From NCBI GenBank assembly GCA_963833125.1, contig CAWHWX010000004.1, positions 64,001 to 128,000 on the forward strand: 64,000 nucleotides of DNA, written 5' to 3'. Origin of the DNA: Candidatus Bathyarchaeota archaeon (GTDB lineage: Archaea; Thermoproteota; Bathyarchaeia; 40CM-2-53-6). Under the pieces are notes generated by a model, which was given only the letters and a program-made list of their open reading frames with translations, had not been told where the DNA came from and searched no databases. Position numbers and translations under genes: made by a program. The stretch's first letter is position 1, and every line of letters starts with the position of its first letter. Below are positions 41,425 through 51,444 of the stretch, piece after piece.

Positions 41425-42073
41425 GGGTTTGCCAAACCATCCTAAGTGCGTCTATGCTCAATTGGCCATCGGCAGTTTTCGATTCCTCCGAGACTGATGC
41501 AAAAGTGAATTCCGCACCATACCAAGGCGATAGAATTCGCGATGGAATACCTTGTAACCCCATCGCGAACGAGACCAATCTCGTATTGGCTGATTCATCT
41601 TCCACGAAACCAAGAATTGTCAAGTTATCGCTCGGTTTGAGCGCAGTGGTTACAACTTTACAAACGTCACCTCCAACTTTCTTCTCCGCTTGCAAAACCT
41701 TCCTCAATTCTTCGGAAGAAGGCGTGCGAGAAAAATCGTGAAATGATACGATTACTTCACTCCCTCTGGACTTAACTTCTTTGACTATGGGATGGGATGA
41801 GGCTGCTGAAAGTTCGATGTCAACCAAATCGAAACCTGCAGCCGCAGCATGTGATAGAAGTTCTAATCTAGGGTTCGAGCCTCGACTCGATCTGTCTGTA
41901 GCGATAACAGGGCAGAACTTTGTTTTCGCGATCTCTTCGAGGATTTTAGGTTCACGTATTCTGTCGAGTCGAAATTCAACGAGGTCGGGTTTCTTGGATG
42001 AGATTTGCTCGATGAGTTTAGCAACATTCGCTTTGTCATCTACCATGACGGACAGGCATACTTTGCACTTCAG
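41411..42073 (-). CDS. aroD: type I 3-dehydroquinate dehydratase
   Basis: VEFRLD, VSFHDF, CKVV, FAMG..G..SR and ADGQ; KVCLSV N-terminus follows a CTG overlapping the aroB' stop. Confidence 0.92.
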   Translation of the reverse strand: MKCKVCLSVMVDDKANVAKLIEQISSKKPDLVEFRLDRIREPKILEEIAKTKFCPVIATDRSSRGSNPRLELLSHAAAAGFDLVDIELSAASSHPIVKEVKSRGSEVIVSFHDFSRTPSSEELRKVLQAEKKVGGDVCKVVTTALKPSDNLTILGFVEDESANTRLVSFAMGLQGIPSRILSPWYGAEFTFASVSEESKTADGQLSIDALRMVWQTLGIQ

Positions 42074-43125
42074 CGCTCGATCACCATTTCGTCCGCTACC
42101 AAGGTGCCGAAATGACGGCCGCCTTCCTCGATCCTCAGCAGAACCTCATCGCCTGTCTTTAGCTCGGAGACGGGGGTCGAAGCAGCGTTCGATACTAGCC
42201 GAACTGTCTCCGCATTCTGAAGTATTATTGAGAAATTGTGATTGTTGGCTTCGGTTACAACGAGCACCATAGGCCTCCGTTCTATTTTCACGCGTCCAAC
42301 ATGCCCTGTTCTTGTCGCTCCAGCGCGGCTTACGATTAGTATTTCTTCTCCCGCCTTGAGTTCGGCAAGGTAACGAGTCTTCAATCCAGGCGCGAGGACG
42401 TAAGAGGAGACAGGTCCAGCATTTACGCGAAAAGGCCTAGGTTCAACATGTGGGTTTCTATGAACCTCCGCTTCGACCAAGAATAAGCCTGATGATTGTG
42501 ACCCAACGAGCATACCTTCCCCTGGTTCCAGCAGCTCGCATGTATCGATACAGACTCTAGCCCCGGGACCAATTTGCCTGACGTCAACGACCTTTCCCTC
42601 AATCAGGGGAACATTATTGCCTGGGATGTCAAATTGGTTCACCCCGTCGAGGTCAGTTGGCGAAGCGGCTGTAAGGACGACGCCATCCACCCCTAGTTCC
42701 AGTGTCTGTAAAGCGACTTGAGCTTCGCTCTTGTTCGCTACGTCGGCGAGTAAGCTGACCTTGTTCCTAGTCCTCGCGATGAGGTTCTCAAGCGGGATAA
42801 TTTTCCAGTTCGGACACTTCACGAGCACATACCGTACCCCAGATTCTGCTAGCTCTAGAACTCTCTCTTCGTCTGAATGATCCTTTACGACTATCTCCAT
42901 AGCAGCATTCTTAGGAACTGCGTCGCCAGTCCCAGTCCGCGTTGATAGAATTCTGATATCAGATCGTTCGTCTGTCGATGCCGTTTTCAGTTTCAGGCCA
43001 CTTGCGAGTGGTAGGTCTTCTGGAGAAAGCACGGCTACGTTGAAATTCGCTTCGGCTATTTTGAGCAGTTCCTTCTTCTTAGCCTGGGTTATCTTGGGGT
43101 CTAGTCGAAGCCAGAGTTCTTTCAC
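42070..43125 (-). CDS. aroB': 3-dehydroquinate synthase II (AroB')
   Basis: WKIIPLENLIA, RVCIDTC, RPFRVNAG and LQNAETVRL. Confidence 0.95.
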   Translation of the reverse strand: MKELWLRLDPKITQAKKKELLKIAEANFNVAVLSPEDLPLASGLKLKTASTDERSDIRILSTRTGTGDAVPKNAAMEIVVKDHSDEERVLELAESGVRYVLVKCPNWKIIPLENLIARTRNKVSLLADVANKSEAQVALQTLELGVDGVVLTAASPTDLDGVNQFDIPGNNVPLIEGKVVDVRQIGPGARVCIDTCELLEPGEGMLVGSQSSGLFLVEAEVHRNPHVEPRPFRVNAGPVSSYVLAPGLKTRYLAELKAGEEILIVSRAGATRTGHVGRVKIERRPMVLVVTEANNHNFSIILQNAETVRLVSNAASTPVSELKTGDEVLLRIEEGGRHFGTLVADEMVIER

Positions 43126-43913
43126 TAAGACCCCTCGAGCAGTCTTGAAGCGTCCTTTGCGTTCGCATGCTCGTGAACAATCGCTGCTAGGGCTCTGCTC
43201 ATTGCTTCAGGGTTATCATGTTGGAAGACGTTCCTGCCAAATGAGAGCCCGGCTGCGCCGGCTTTCATCGAACTCTCACCTAGCTCAAGAATATCCATGT
43301 CAGTCTTCATTCTTGGCCCGCCAGCTACGACAACTGGGACTGGGCAACTTTGCACCACTCGTCGGAAACTGTTAGTGTCGCCTGTGTAAACGGTTTTGAC
43401 TACGTCTGCTCCAAGTTCTGCCCCGATTCTCGCCGCATGTGACACAACTTCGTACTCATTCTCGTTCTTTATGTTGGGGCCGCGTGGGTACATCATGGCG
43501 AGCAAGGGCATTCCGAAGGAATCGCACTGTTCTGAGAGGCCGCCGAGAAACTGAAGCATCTTGTCTTCATCTTCCGAACCTATGTTGATGTGCGCTGAAA
43601 CTGCGTCGGCCCCGAGTCTAACTGCTTCTTCGAGAGTGCACACGCCCACTTTCAAGTTGGGCTTGCCACCGAGTTTAGTGGAGGCGGAGACGTGAACTAT
43701 CAATCCTGAGCCTTGTGTGTCCACATGTTTCGCTATGCCCTTGTGCACCAAGACAGCGTCGGCTCCGCCGCTCACTACACGTTTTACGGTTTCTTGCATG
43801 TTTTCCAATCCTCTCACAGGGCCTAGCGTGACGCCATGGTCCATGGCAATTATGAAGCTCTTAGAATCAGCTCTCATAATTCTTCGTAACCTTCTGGTCT
43901 TGCCGGATTCCAT
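43125..43913 (-). CDS. aroA': 2-amino-3,7-dideoxy-D-threo-hept-6-ulosonate synthase (AroA')
   Basis: [22 protein letters not shown] and ELGADVVKT; adjacent to aroB'. Confidence 0.9.
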   Translation of the reverse strand: MESGKTRRLRRIMRADSKSFIIAMDHGVTLGPVRGLENMQETVKRVVSGGADAVLVHKGIAKHVDTQGSGLIVHVSASTKLGGKPNLKVGVCTLEEAVRLGADAVSAHINIGSEDEDKMLQFLGGLSEQCDSFGMPLLAMMYPRGPNIKNENEYEVVSHAARIGAELGADVVKTVYTGDTNSFRRVVQSCPVPVVVAGGPRMKTDMDILELGESSMKAGAAGLSFGRNVFQHDNPEAMSRALAAIVHEHANAKDASRLLEGS

Positions 43914-43926
43914 TATTCGATCACTT

Positions 43927-44958
43927 TCAGAGGTATCCTTGTGATTTCATCGACTCAGCTATTAGGAGAGCGCAACCTGCCGCTCCTCGGATTGTATTGT
44001 TCCCGAGGGCTACATACTTGATGCCCGAGAAGACAGGGTCACTGCGAACCCTCCCGACTACCACTGACATGCCATGCCCTTCATTTCTATCGAAACGTGG
44101 CTGGGGCCGATATTCATCGGACCTTACAACTACGGGTCGTTCTGGGGCTGTTGGGAGCTTCAATTTCTGCGGTTCCGCGGTGAACACTTTCATGCAGTGC
44201 TCCACTTGTTCAGGCGTCGCCGGTTTCTCTGTTTGAACGAAGACGGCTTCGGTATGTCCGTCAAGTACTGCCACACGATGGCAACTCGCGGACACAATGA
44301 ACTCAGCCGAACGTCCCGCTTGACCTAGAATCTTGGTTGTTTCTCGCTGAACTTTCTCTTCCTCTCCGTTAATGAATGGGATTACGTTGTCGATTATGTC
44401 CAACGAAGCTACCCCTGGGTATCCTGCCCCGGAGGTCGCCTGCATGGAGGACATCACTACATTTCTCAGCCCAAACGCGTCATAGATGGGTTTGAGGGAT
44501 AGGGTTAGTACTGCCGTCGTGCAGTTGGGGTTTGTTACGATCGATCCGTCCCATTTTCGTTTTCGTCTCTGTTCGTCGATTAGTGAGAGGTGAGTGAAGT
44601 TAGTTTCTGGATTCATCAGTGGAACATCTGGGTCCATTCTGTGGGAGGAGGCGTTGCTAACTACTGCGAAACCTTGCCTTGCGAAGTCTTCCTCGATTCC
44701 TTGCGCCTGTTCAGCTGGCAGGGCGGAAAAAACAATATCCGCGTCGACGGATCTGGGTTCCGAAGGTTGTACGGTAAGTTCCGCAATCTCTTTCTTCAGT
44801 GGTGTCTCCATTCTCCAGTTTACCGCTTCTCCGTATTCGACCCCCGAACTTCGTTCCGACCCAGTTAACGCGACGATTTCGAACCACTCGTGATCGTTCA
44901 ACAATTGTACGAAACGTTGCCCTACCAAACCAGTTGCCCCGAGTATTGCAGCTTTCAA
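43927..44958 (-). CDS. asd: aspartate-semialdehyde dehydrogenase
   Basis: GATGLVGQRF, NPNCTT, SGAGY and NTIRGAAG. Confidence 0.96.
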   Translation of the reverse strand: MKAAILGATGLVGQRFVQLLNDHEWFEIVALTGSERSSGVEYGEAVNWRMETPLKKEIAELTVQPSEPRSVDADIVFSALPAEQAQGIEEDFARQGFAVVSNASSHRMDPDVPLMNPETNFTHLSLIDEQRRKRKWDGSIVTNPNCTTAVLTLSLKPIYDAFGLRNVVMSSMQATSGAGYPGVASLDIIDNVIPFINGEEEKVQRETTKILGQAGRSAEFIVSASCHRVAVLDGHTEAVFVQTEKPATPEQVEHCMKVFTAEPQKLKLPTAPERPVVVRSDEYRPQPRFDRNEGHGMSVVVGRVRSDPVFSGIKYVALGNNTIRGAAGCALLIAESMKSQGYL

Positions 44959-46197
44959 GATAATTCCCCTTTGGCAATCTGCTTCATCAAGCGCAAGGCC
45001 AACTCCTTGTCATCCCACGCGACAAATACGAGAATACTGGAAGCAAGGGTAAGCATTCCGTAGATGTTGATTCGATTCTCAAGCAAATGGGACGAGATTC
45101 TACCAATTATACCGGGGGTATCTTCTAGGCCTACGCCTTTCACTTTGAGAAATGCTAAGTGGGGCTGAACAGCCATTGCCATCGTTTCTCCATGTCTCAT
45201 GATCACGTTGTGTACGGCGGCTAGAACAGAGTTCGATCCGGTCTCTGGGACGTAGAAGATTAGCGAGTTGAAGTTTTCGGAGAGGCCGTCTAGGGATGAG
45301 TGTTTATGTATTTCCCTGATTACGTCGCTGAGTATCTCTGGGTTTTCGGAAATTCCCTTACCGGCGATGGTTACAGCCATAACTTGGCGATTTTCTTCAA
45401 AGGTGACGTCAATCTCTGTCGAGATACCGCCAGTGATAATCGTTCCGTCCGCTTCAAGATCACTCTTCTCACGGTTTATGACTCTAACCGGAATATCTGG
45501 GTCCTTGTATCTGAGAGCCTTTCTGTGGATGAACTTCGTTCCAGAATCCGCCAATCCAATGAGAGTTCTAACATCAATCTTTTCCAGCCTTCGAGCGTCC
45601 GGGATGAGTTTCGGGTCTGCGGATAGGATTCCGTCTGCGTCGGTTACTAGAACTACTTCATCTGCACCAATCGCCTTCGCCATTATGAAAGCGGTCGTGT
45701 CGCTTCCCCCTCGGCCAATTGTGCTAACTTTGCCTGCTGTGGAGCGCCCCACGAACCCAGCGATCACTGGGACTGTACGCCAATCAAGGAGAGGGAGCAC
45801 ATGCTCGCGAACCCTCTGCAAACATAGTTCAAGAATCGGGTTCGCATCAGAGAAGTTATCGTCAGTTATGATGGGCCAATTAGGTTCCCCAGGATCGAAG
45901 TATTTTGCTTCAATGCCCAGAGCCTTTAGAGCATTTGCGAAGACCCTGACGCTTGTTCTCTCGCCCATCGCTAGAATGTCGTCTGAGTCAGTCTTGTCCA
46001 GGCTCAATACTGAATCTTGGCTGATCAAGTTTAGGAGCTGATCAGTCATCTTTCCCATGGCGGATACAACCACGACTAGCCGCGGTGCCCTTCGCGCTTT
46101 CTTTCGCGATCAAGCCGGCGGCCTTGCTCACTCGGTCTTTGTCTCGAAGGCTAGAGCCCCCAAACTTGACCACTAGGGTCTTCGAACTATGCTTCAA
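44955..46197 (-). CDS. ask: aspartate kinase (indel near 46080)
   Basis: VVKFGGSS, VVSAMG, GRGGSDTTA, SADPK and C-terminal ACT domains; likely TTG at 46197. Confidence 0.92.
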
Positions 46198-46252
46198 AGC
46201 GACAACTGCGCTAGGGTTGGTTTCGGGTTTCAGCGTCGCGCTAGAGGAAAAA

Positions 46253-46330
46253 CTAGTTCGGGGAGAGTCTAGTGTGGGGAAGCCAGTAGTGATCACCGTA
46301 AATGTGACCACCGAAGTTACAACCTCTCAA
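46253..46330 (-). promoter_or_regulatory. putative leader peptide (uORF) MRGCNFGGHIYGDHYWLPHTRLSPN in the ask-aro operon leader
   Basis: TTG..TAG, 25 aa with F, Y, Y, W; 9-bp hairpin 46288-46312; T-tract right after the stop. Confidence 0.4.
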
Positions 46331-46429
46331 TTATCTCATGCCTCGCCCGTTGTTAGTTTTGCGAAGGGTGCCTCAGTCTCTTAAAAGAATAGCTCAACAA
46401 ATCAGCATAACCCTACGTCGAGAAGACAT

Positions 46430-47122
46430 TTACACGCCCATGTACAGTCGTTCCGCTAGAAAACTAGGCAGACCACTGCTAAGGATTCGATCTGCTACCA
46501 GATCCACATTGTACTCAACTCTCCGAACCTCCAACTCAACATCTCCTTTAGAAATAGTGAGCAACGCGAAACTTGCTCGATGGTCGCCATCTCTAGGTTG
46601 GCCGACGCTCCCAGGGTTTGCCAGAACGTCATCCTCGAACCTGTAAAGCATGGGCATGTGTGTATGTCCAAGCAGCACAATATTTGCGGAGGCAGCCTTT
46701 ACCAAACTATGCCCTACAGTAGCAGGCACGCCAGGGAAGACGTACTCATTCAAAGGATCACGGGGGCTGCCGTGATAGAGCGCGAATGTGCGCCCCTCAC
46801 GCTGTATTCTTGCGGATGGCTTTAGTGTGGCAAGGTAGCTGCGACTTAGCTCGTTAACATTCCGTCTTGTCCATTCGACCGCTATCGCGGCGTTAGCCGA
46901 GAACCCTTGCACGTCACCGTTAACAACGGCGTAATCGTGGTTGCCGAGGAGGACAACTGACGGATGAAGTTCTTCGAGTCTTGCAATTACTTCGTTTGGC
47001 TGAGGCCCATAGCCAACAACATCTCCGAGGCAGAATAGCTCATCGTGCTTTGGCAGTTTAGCGATTACTGCTTCAAGAGCAGGTAAGTTGGAATGTATGT
47101 CAGAGATGACTGCGATTATCAT
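46430..47122 (-). CDS. metallophosphoesterase
   Basis: SDIHSN, GDVVGYG, GNHD, GHTH and NPGSVGQPRD. Confidence 0.92.
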   Translation of the reverse strand: MIIAVISDIHSNLPALEAVIAKLPKHDELFCLGDVVGYGPQPNEVIARLEELHPSVVLLGNHDYAVVNGDVQGFSANAAIAVEWTRRNVNELSRSYLATLKPSARIQREGRTFALYHGSPRDPLNEYVFPGVPATVGHSLVKAASANIVLLGHTHMPMLYRFEDDVLANPGSVGQPRDGDHRASFALLTISKGDVELEVRRVEYNVDLVADRILSSGLPSFLAERLYMGV

Positions 47123-47174
47123 TAAGGGGTCTATGATGTGGGCTGTCTTCCTTGAGAAAGACTTGATGGTAAAA

Positions 47175-47777
47175 TTAGAAATCCTGGCTCATTTGCTGAA
47201 CGTATGAAAGGTCTTCCCCACAGTAGGGGCATGACTTAAATTTTGTATCAACTCTCTTCCCACATTCTGGGCACTCTACCTTGAGTGGATATCGACAGAA
47301 TGGACATAATGCGAAATCGTCCGCAACCTTGTGTCCACATTCCTTACACGTCTGTTCCCCACTCGCCTCTTCCTCCCGTTTCGACTGCAACGGGCTCTGA
47401 ATGATCACAGGAGGCGGTTGCATGACGCCTGATGGGGAACCCTTGACTATATTCTCCCTTAGAACTCTGTGAAGCTGGTAAGCGTCTGCTCTCGTGAGAC
47501 TCCCGATCCTTATGTTTTGAACGCCAGATCGCATGAGAATTTCGACGCTCGCTCTAACCACCCCACGGTCAAGTCTAATGTTGACCATGTTCGTGTATGG
47601 GTAATCTACGAAGCTCTTCTTGAGCCCTAAGCCCCCGGATTTGCGGATAATGATTCGCTGGTCGCTTACCACTACTGTCTCGCTGCCCTTGACAACCCAA
47701 ATGACTTTCTCATCGTAATTGATGAGATGCCTCATGTCATCTGGTACGGGGAGCGACGCCAAACCATGCGACCTCAA
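47175..47777 (-). CDS. bacterial-type PH domain + double zinc ribbon protein
   Basis: VVVSDQRIII...DYPY.NM PH-like N-terminus; four CxxC at the C-terminus. Confidence 0.75.
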   Translation of the reverse strand: MRSHGLASLPVPDDMRHLINYDEKVIWVVKGSETVVVSDQRIIIRKSGGLGLKKSFVDYPYTNMVNIRLDRGVVRASVEILMRSGVQNIRIGSLTRADAYQLHRVLRENIVKGSPSGVMQPPPVIIQSPLQSKREEEASGEQTCKECGHKVADDFALCPFCRYPLKVECPECGKRVDTKFKSCPYCGEDLSYVQQMSQDF

Positions 47778-47942
47778 GGCAACGCTAAGGTTCTGATTAG
47801 CTTTGATGATAAGATGTATTGCGTTGCAGCATCAAAAAAGCCCATGGGGCCTCTAGGGAAAAGGAGCCAGACATAGCAATTTCAGGTGTTTTTCGTCGCT
47901 CTAGTTAAGTAGCTTGTACTTGGAAATATATGATGATGTTCA

Positions 47943-48326
47943 ATGGAAATGACCGAAACAACACTGAAAGTCGGAACTAGAACTTTCAGAGTAAATTACA
48001 GTCAACTGGAGAATGCTATAGTTGCTTTCCTATTCGAGGATCGTATTCGTCTCGGAACGGTTGCGATCGCTATGCCTGGTCTGCGTGAAGTTGCTGTCGG
48101 GCGGTCTTCCGTATTGGTTGGCGGCAAGTATCTGATGACGAGTAGAGCCTTAGCGGAGAAACTTGCTGGAAAGAGCGGCCGGATCGCATTAGTTTCCTTA
48201 TCCACTGAACTCGATGAAGCTGAGGCTCTAAGAATTTACACTAAGTTGCTCGATCAGGTTCAATTGGCTCAGCCTTCCGACGAGAAGATTGGTCCGCTCA
48301 ATTCTTCAATACGACAACACGTTTGA
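47943..48326 (+). CDS. proteasome assembly chaperone 4 (PAC4/PSMG4)-like protein
   Basis: RLGTVAIAMP...SSVLVG...SRALAEKLAGKSGRIALVS resembles PSMG4 LRNLAVAM...STSLLG...STGLAQRLARKTNKQVFVS. Confidence 0.6.
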   Translation: MEMTETTLKVGTRTFRVNYSQLENAIVAFLFEDRIRLGTVAIAMPGLREVAVGRSSVLVGGKYLMTSRALAEKLAGKSGRIALVSLSTELDEAEALRIYTKLLDQVQLAQPSDEKIGPLNSSIRQHV

Positions 48327-49581
48327 GAGAGGCGATTCACCGAGGACCTGTGCTGCGGCGTCGCTGACTTGCTCTCTATATTGATCATTTGTGTATACCC
48401 GTATTATGTTCATGAAAACTTGAAGATCATCCACGACTCTGGATAATTTCGCTATCTTCTCTGGGGTCTTCTCGCCAGAGCGGTTCCGCGAGAACATTGG
48501 TATGTCGATTGGGCCAATGTCCATGGCGTAGTGATAGGGCACGGATGGGAGTGAAGGTACGTCGATCCCGACGCTGGTTCTTGGAACTTTGGCTTTTGAG
48601 GCGATTTCTTCCTCAAGTTTGAGACGCACATTTTCGTTTGTAAACACGCTTGAAACGAGCTCATCTTTGGCGTAGAAGGTTCTCTCATATGCGCATTTCA
48701 GGAGCCTCCTCGAAGAGATATCCTTTACGATTTCGCGAGAGAGTTTGTTCTGGCTGAGTTTCGACCAAACCGTATAGTCATCCCATTCCAAGTATTCATC
48801 TGGAGTCTTCGCTTGCAAAATCGCCAGATCGTCTTTAGCTGCTTCCAATGCTTTGACGAGCATCATTTGGACGGCTCTACAAGCCCTATGAAAGTAAATC
48901 GTTTTGAAGGATTCAAGACGTGCAATGATTAGGCTTTCGAGAGTTGGAAGGGCAGTTATGTCAACTGCCAAGTTGCCATCGAGGACATCCATAGTGTAAA
49001 TGAGGCGGAAAACGTCAACCGACCCATAGCCGGCACCAGTATGATAAGAGTCGCGCACGACGAAATCCATCTTATCGACATCAAACGAGCTACTGATTAT
49101 CTGTCCGAGAAATGGCTTCTCAGTCTTTGATGGCTTCCCAACTGCCAGTCCGCTCAGCTCTTTCGTCAATACCTTGATCGTTAATCACATCACCAAGGGT
49201 TGAGTTTGCGATAATCCATCTCGACATGTCCTCGTGGTTTCGACCCATGTACTTCAACAGTAGTGGCTCGAAAAGATGAGAGAAAGGCGCGTGTCCGACG
49301 TCATGAAGCAGTGCGGCTAATCGTACCTTTTGTCTCTCCTCAATCGTCAGATGTACTGGCAGATTCTCGGACACAACGCCTGCGAGATACATAGTGCCCA
49401 AAACATGTTCGAACCTAGTGTGGTTTGCCGCGGGGTAGACGAACTCGGCTCCTGCAAGCTGTCGAATCCTTCGTAAACGTTGGACCGCTAGGGTGTCTAT
49501 GACATTCCGTTCGATTTCTGTAAGCCGTATGTATCCGTATAGGGGATCCTTGATGAACCCCCAAAAGGCCTGTTCATTCAA
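48306..49581 (-). CDS. HD-domain phosphohydrolase, SAMHD1/dGTPase-like (indel near 49170)
   Basis: IKDPLYG, QRLRRIRQL, HTRFEH, LHDVGHAPFSH, DVDKMDFVVRD and YFH. Confidence 0.9.
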
Positions 49582-49609
49582 GCTGAACTCACGATTGATC
49601 CTTGAATTT

Positions 49610-49630
49610 TAGCTGACACATAGCTGACAC
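49610..49630. repeat. tandem direct repeat TAGCTGACAC x2 (11-bp period)
   Basis: TAGCTGACAC A TAGCTGACAC in a divergent intergenic region. Confidence 0.6.
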
Positions 49631-49710
49631 GCCTATACAAGCTGCGTGCAACTGCCCCAAATCGACAAACGCTAATAGGACGGTGGAATTTCGAGGTTCA
49701 GGGAATTGAA

Positions 49711-50652
49711 TTGAAGTTCGGTTTTCAGCACCCCAATTTTACCTACGACGGCCAAGGCCCCGCTGTCGTGGACTCTTTGAAAAGACTCGTGACAACGGGA
49801 GAGAGTTTAGGATTTGATTCGTTTTGGGTGATGGATCACTTTCATCAAATCCCCTACGTAGGGGAACCACCAGAACCTATGCTTGAAGGATGGACTACTC
49901 AAGCCGTAGTTGCTGGCTTTACTTCTAAGATCAAACTCGGAACACTGGTAACAGGGAACGTGTACCGGCACCCATCTGTTCTAGCCAAAATCGGCGCAAC
50001 ACTGGACGTACTAAGTAAAGGTAGGCTCTTCATGGGCATCGGCGCCGGCTGGAACGAAGATGAAGCTACAGCCTACGGAATACCGTTCCCTGGCCTAAGG
50101 GAACGCATGCGTCGGCTTGAAGAAGCTGTACAAGTCATTCGAGCAATGTGGACCGAAGATCGGGCAAACTTTGAAGGAAAATTCTACCAAATCAAGAACG
50201 CCTACTGCAACCCGAAACCAATCCAAAAGCCCCACCCACCAATAATGATCGGCGGAAGTGGTGAACGACAAACATTGAGGATTGTAGCCAAGTATGCTGA
50301 CGCCTGCAATATCTTCGGTTCAACCGAGACAGTGAAAATGAAACTGAAGGTCCTACGAGACCATTGTAATGCCGCTGGGCGAGATTACGACTCCGTTTTG
50401 AAGACAAAGCTAGGCCGCGTAATGATTGACAAGGATAAGGCCGCTCTCCAGGCGAGAGTCGCGAAGGCGATGAATAATGTGCCCGAAGAAAGGGTTAGAG
50501 AAATGCTGACCCTAGGGACTCCCGAGGAAGTTAAACGTCAAGTGGAGAGCTTCAGGGACGCGGGTATCGAATATCTCATTGTGAACCTCGAGCCGCAGCG
50601 TGAACTCGAAGCGCTAGAACTCTTTGGGAGAGAAGTAGTTCAGAAGCTCTGA
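49711..50652 (+). CDS. LLM class F420-dependent oxidoreductase
   Basis: WVMDHFHQ, YRHPSVLAK, GIGAGW and PKPIQKPHPPIMIGG. Confidence 0.92.
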   Translation: MKFGFQHPNFTYDGQGPAVVDSLKRLVTTGESLGFDSFWVMDHFHQIPYVGEPPEPMLEGWTTQAVVAGFTSKIKLGTLVTGNVYRHPSVLAKIGATLDVLSKGRLFMGIGAGWNEDEATAYGIPFPGLRERMRRLEEAVQVIRAMWTEDRANFEGKFYQIKNAYCNPKPIQKPHPPIMIGGSGERQTLRIVAKYADACNIFGSTETVKMKLKVLRDHCNAAGRDYDSVLKTKLGRVMIDKDKAALQARVAKAMNNVPEERVREMLTLGTPEEVKRQVESFRDAGIEYLIVNLEPQRELEALELFGREVVQKL

Positions 50653-50669
50653 TCGTTCACATCTCAAAG

Positions 50670-51305
50670 CTACCGTAGGAATCGATAGACGATATCCCAA
50701 ACTAATCCTCGCACGGTTTCAGAATCAGAGTGCCCGTCAACGATCTTCCACCGATACTTCCGTGCTAATCGCAGATAGGCTCTTCTCACGCTCCTAAGGT
50801 AGGTAAGATTGCCCTCGTGAAGATCGCGTTTCCGCATCTTACGTTTGAAAGATGTTCGCGGTGATACATTCAACACGACCACTACATCAGGTTTCGGCAA
50901 ACCTTCCTCGAGTGAACTGAGCCAAGCCCTGGAGAGGCCGTGCGCGACCCCGTACGCCAAGTTTGAAGGGCTGTACCGGTTTACGATAACAACCCCACCA
51001 CGCCCGACTCTATTAGCCAGCTTATGCGCCAATTCCCATTTGTTCGCCGCGTAGAGCAGATGAACTGAATGCAAGTCGAGCTGAATTTTCCCCGCCAGGT
51101 AAGCCTTCAACTGCCTGCCTAACGGAGTTGTGTAATCGGGAAAACTCCACACGGATACAGGTAGACCAAGATTTCGAACTCTCTTGGCGAGTAGACTTGC
51201 CTGTGTTCTCTTCCCCGCTTGGTCGATTCCCTCAATTGCGATTAGCAAGCCGCGTTTCTTACGCAAAGGTCTCTGACGCTCATTCATTGTTTCATGCATT
51301 TCCAA
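50670..51305 (-). CDS. tmk: thymidylate kinase
   Basis: IEGIDQAGKRTQ, LLYAANKWE, NRYSPSNLAYG and GLPKPD. Confidence 0.92.
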   Translation of the reverse strand: MEMHETMNERQRPLRKKRGLLIAIEGIDQAGKRTQASLLAKRVRNLGLPVSVWSFPDYTTPLGRQLKAYLAGKIQLDLHSVHLLYAANKWELAHKLANRVGRGGVVIVNRYSPSNLAYGVAHGLSRAWLSSLEEGLPKPDVVVVLNVSPRTSFKRKMRKRDLHEGNLTYLRSVRRAYLRLARKYRWKIVDGHSDSETVRGLVWDIVYRFLR

Positions 51306-51444
51306 ATAAAGGTAAACGACCCAAACAACTCACGCACTGGACGAGGCTCTAAGTGCAAACGCTGAACTCATTGCCAAATGATTCGACAGATGTCATCACA
51401 ATGATTGATAAGTGACTTTCCATTTTCACTCCTTCGACAAGACA

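Noticed and set aside
45268-46041. 257-aa plus-strand ORF and the many other antisense ORFs in the track
   Set aside because: Shadows of well-supported genes on the opposite strand or frame
46260-46320. Thr-rich frame VTSVVTFTVITTG resembling bacterial thrL upstream of aspartate kinase
   Set aside because: This frame has no stop and runs into ask, so it cannot be a separate leader unless an indel hides a stop; kept only as an alternative to the aromatic uORF
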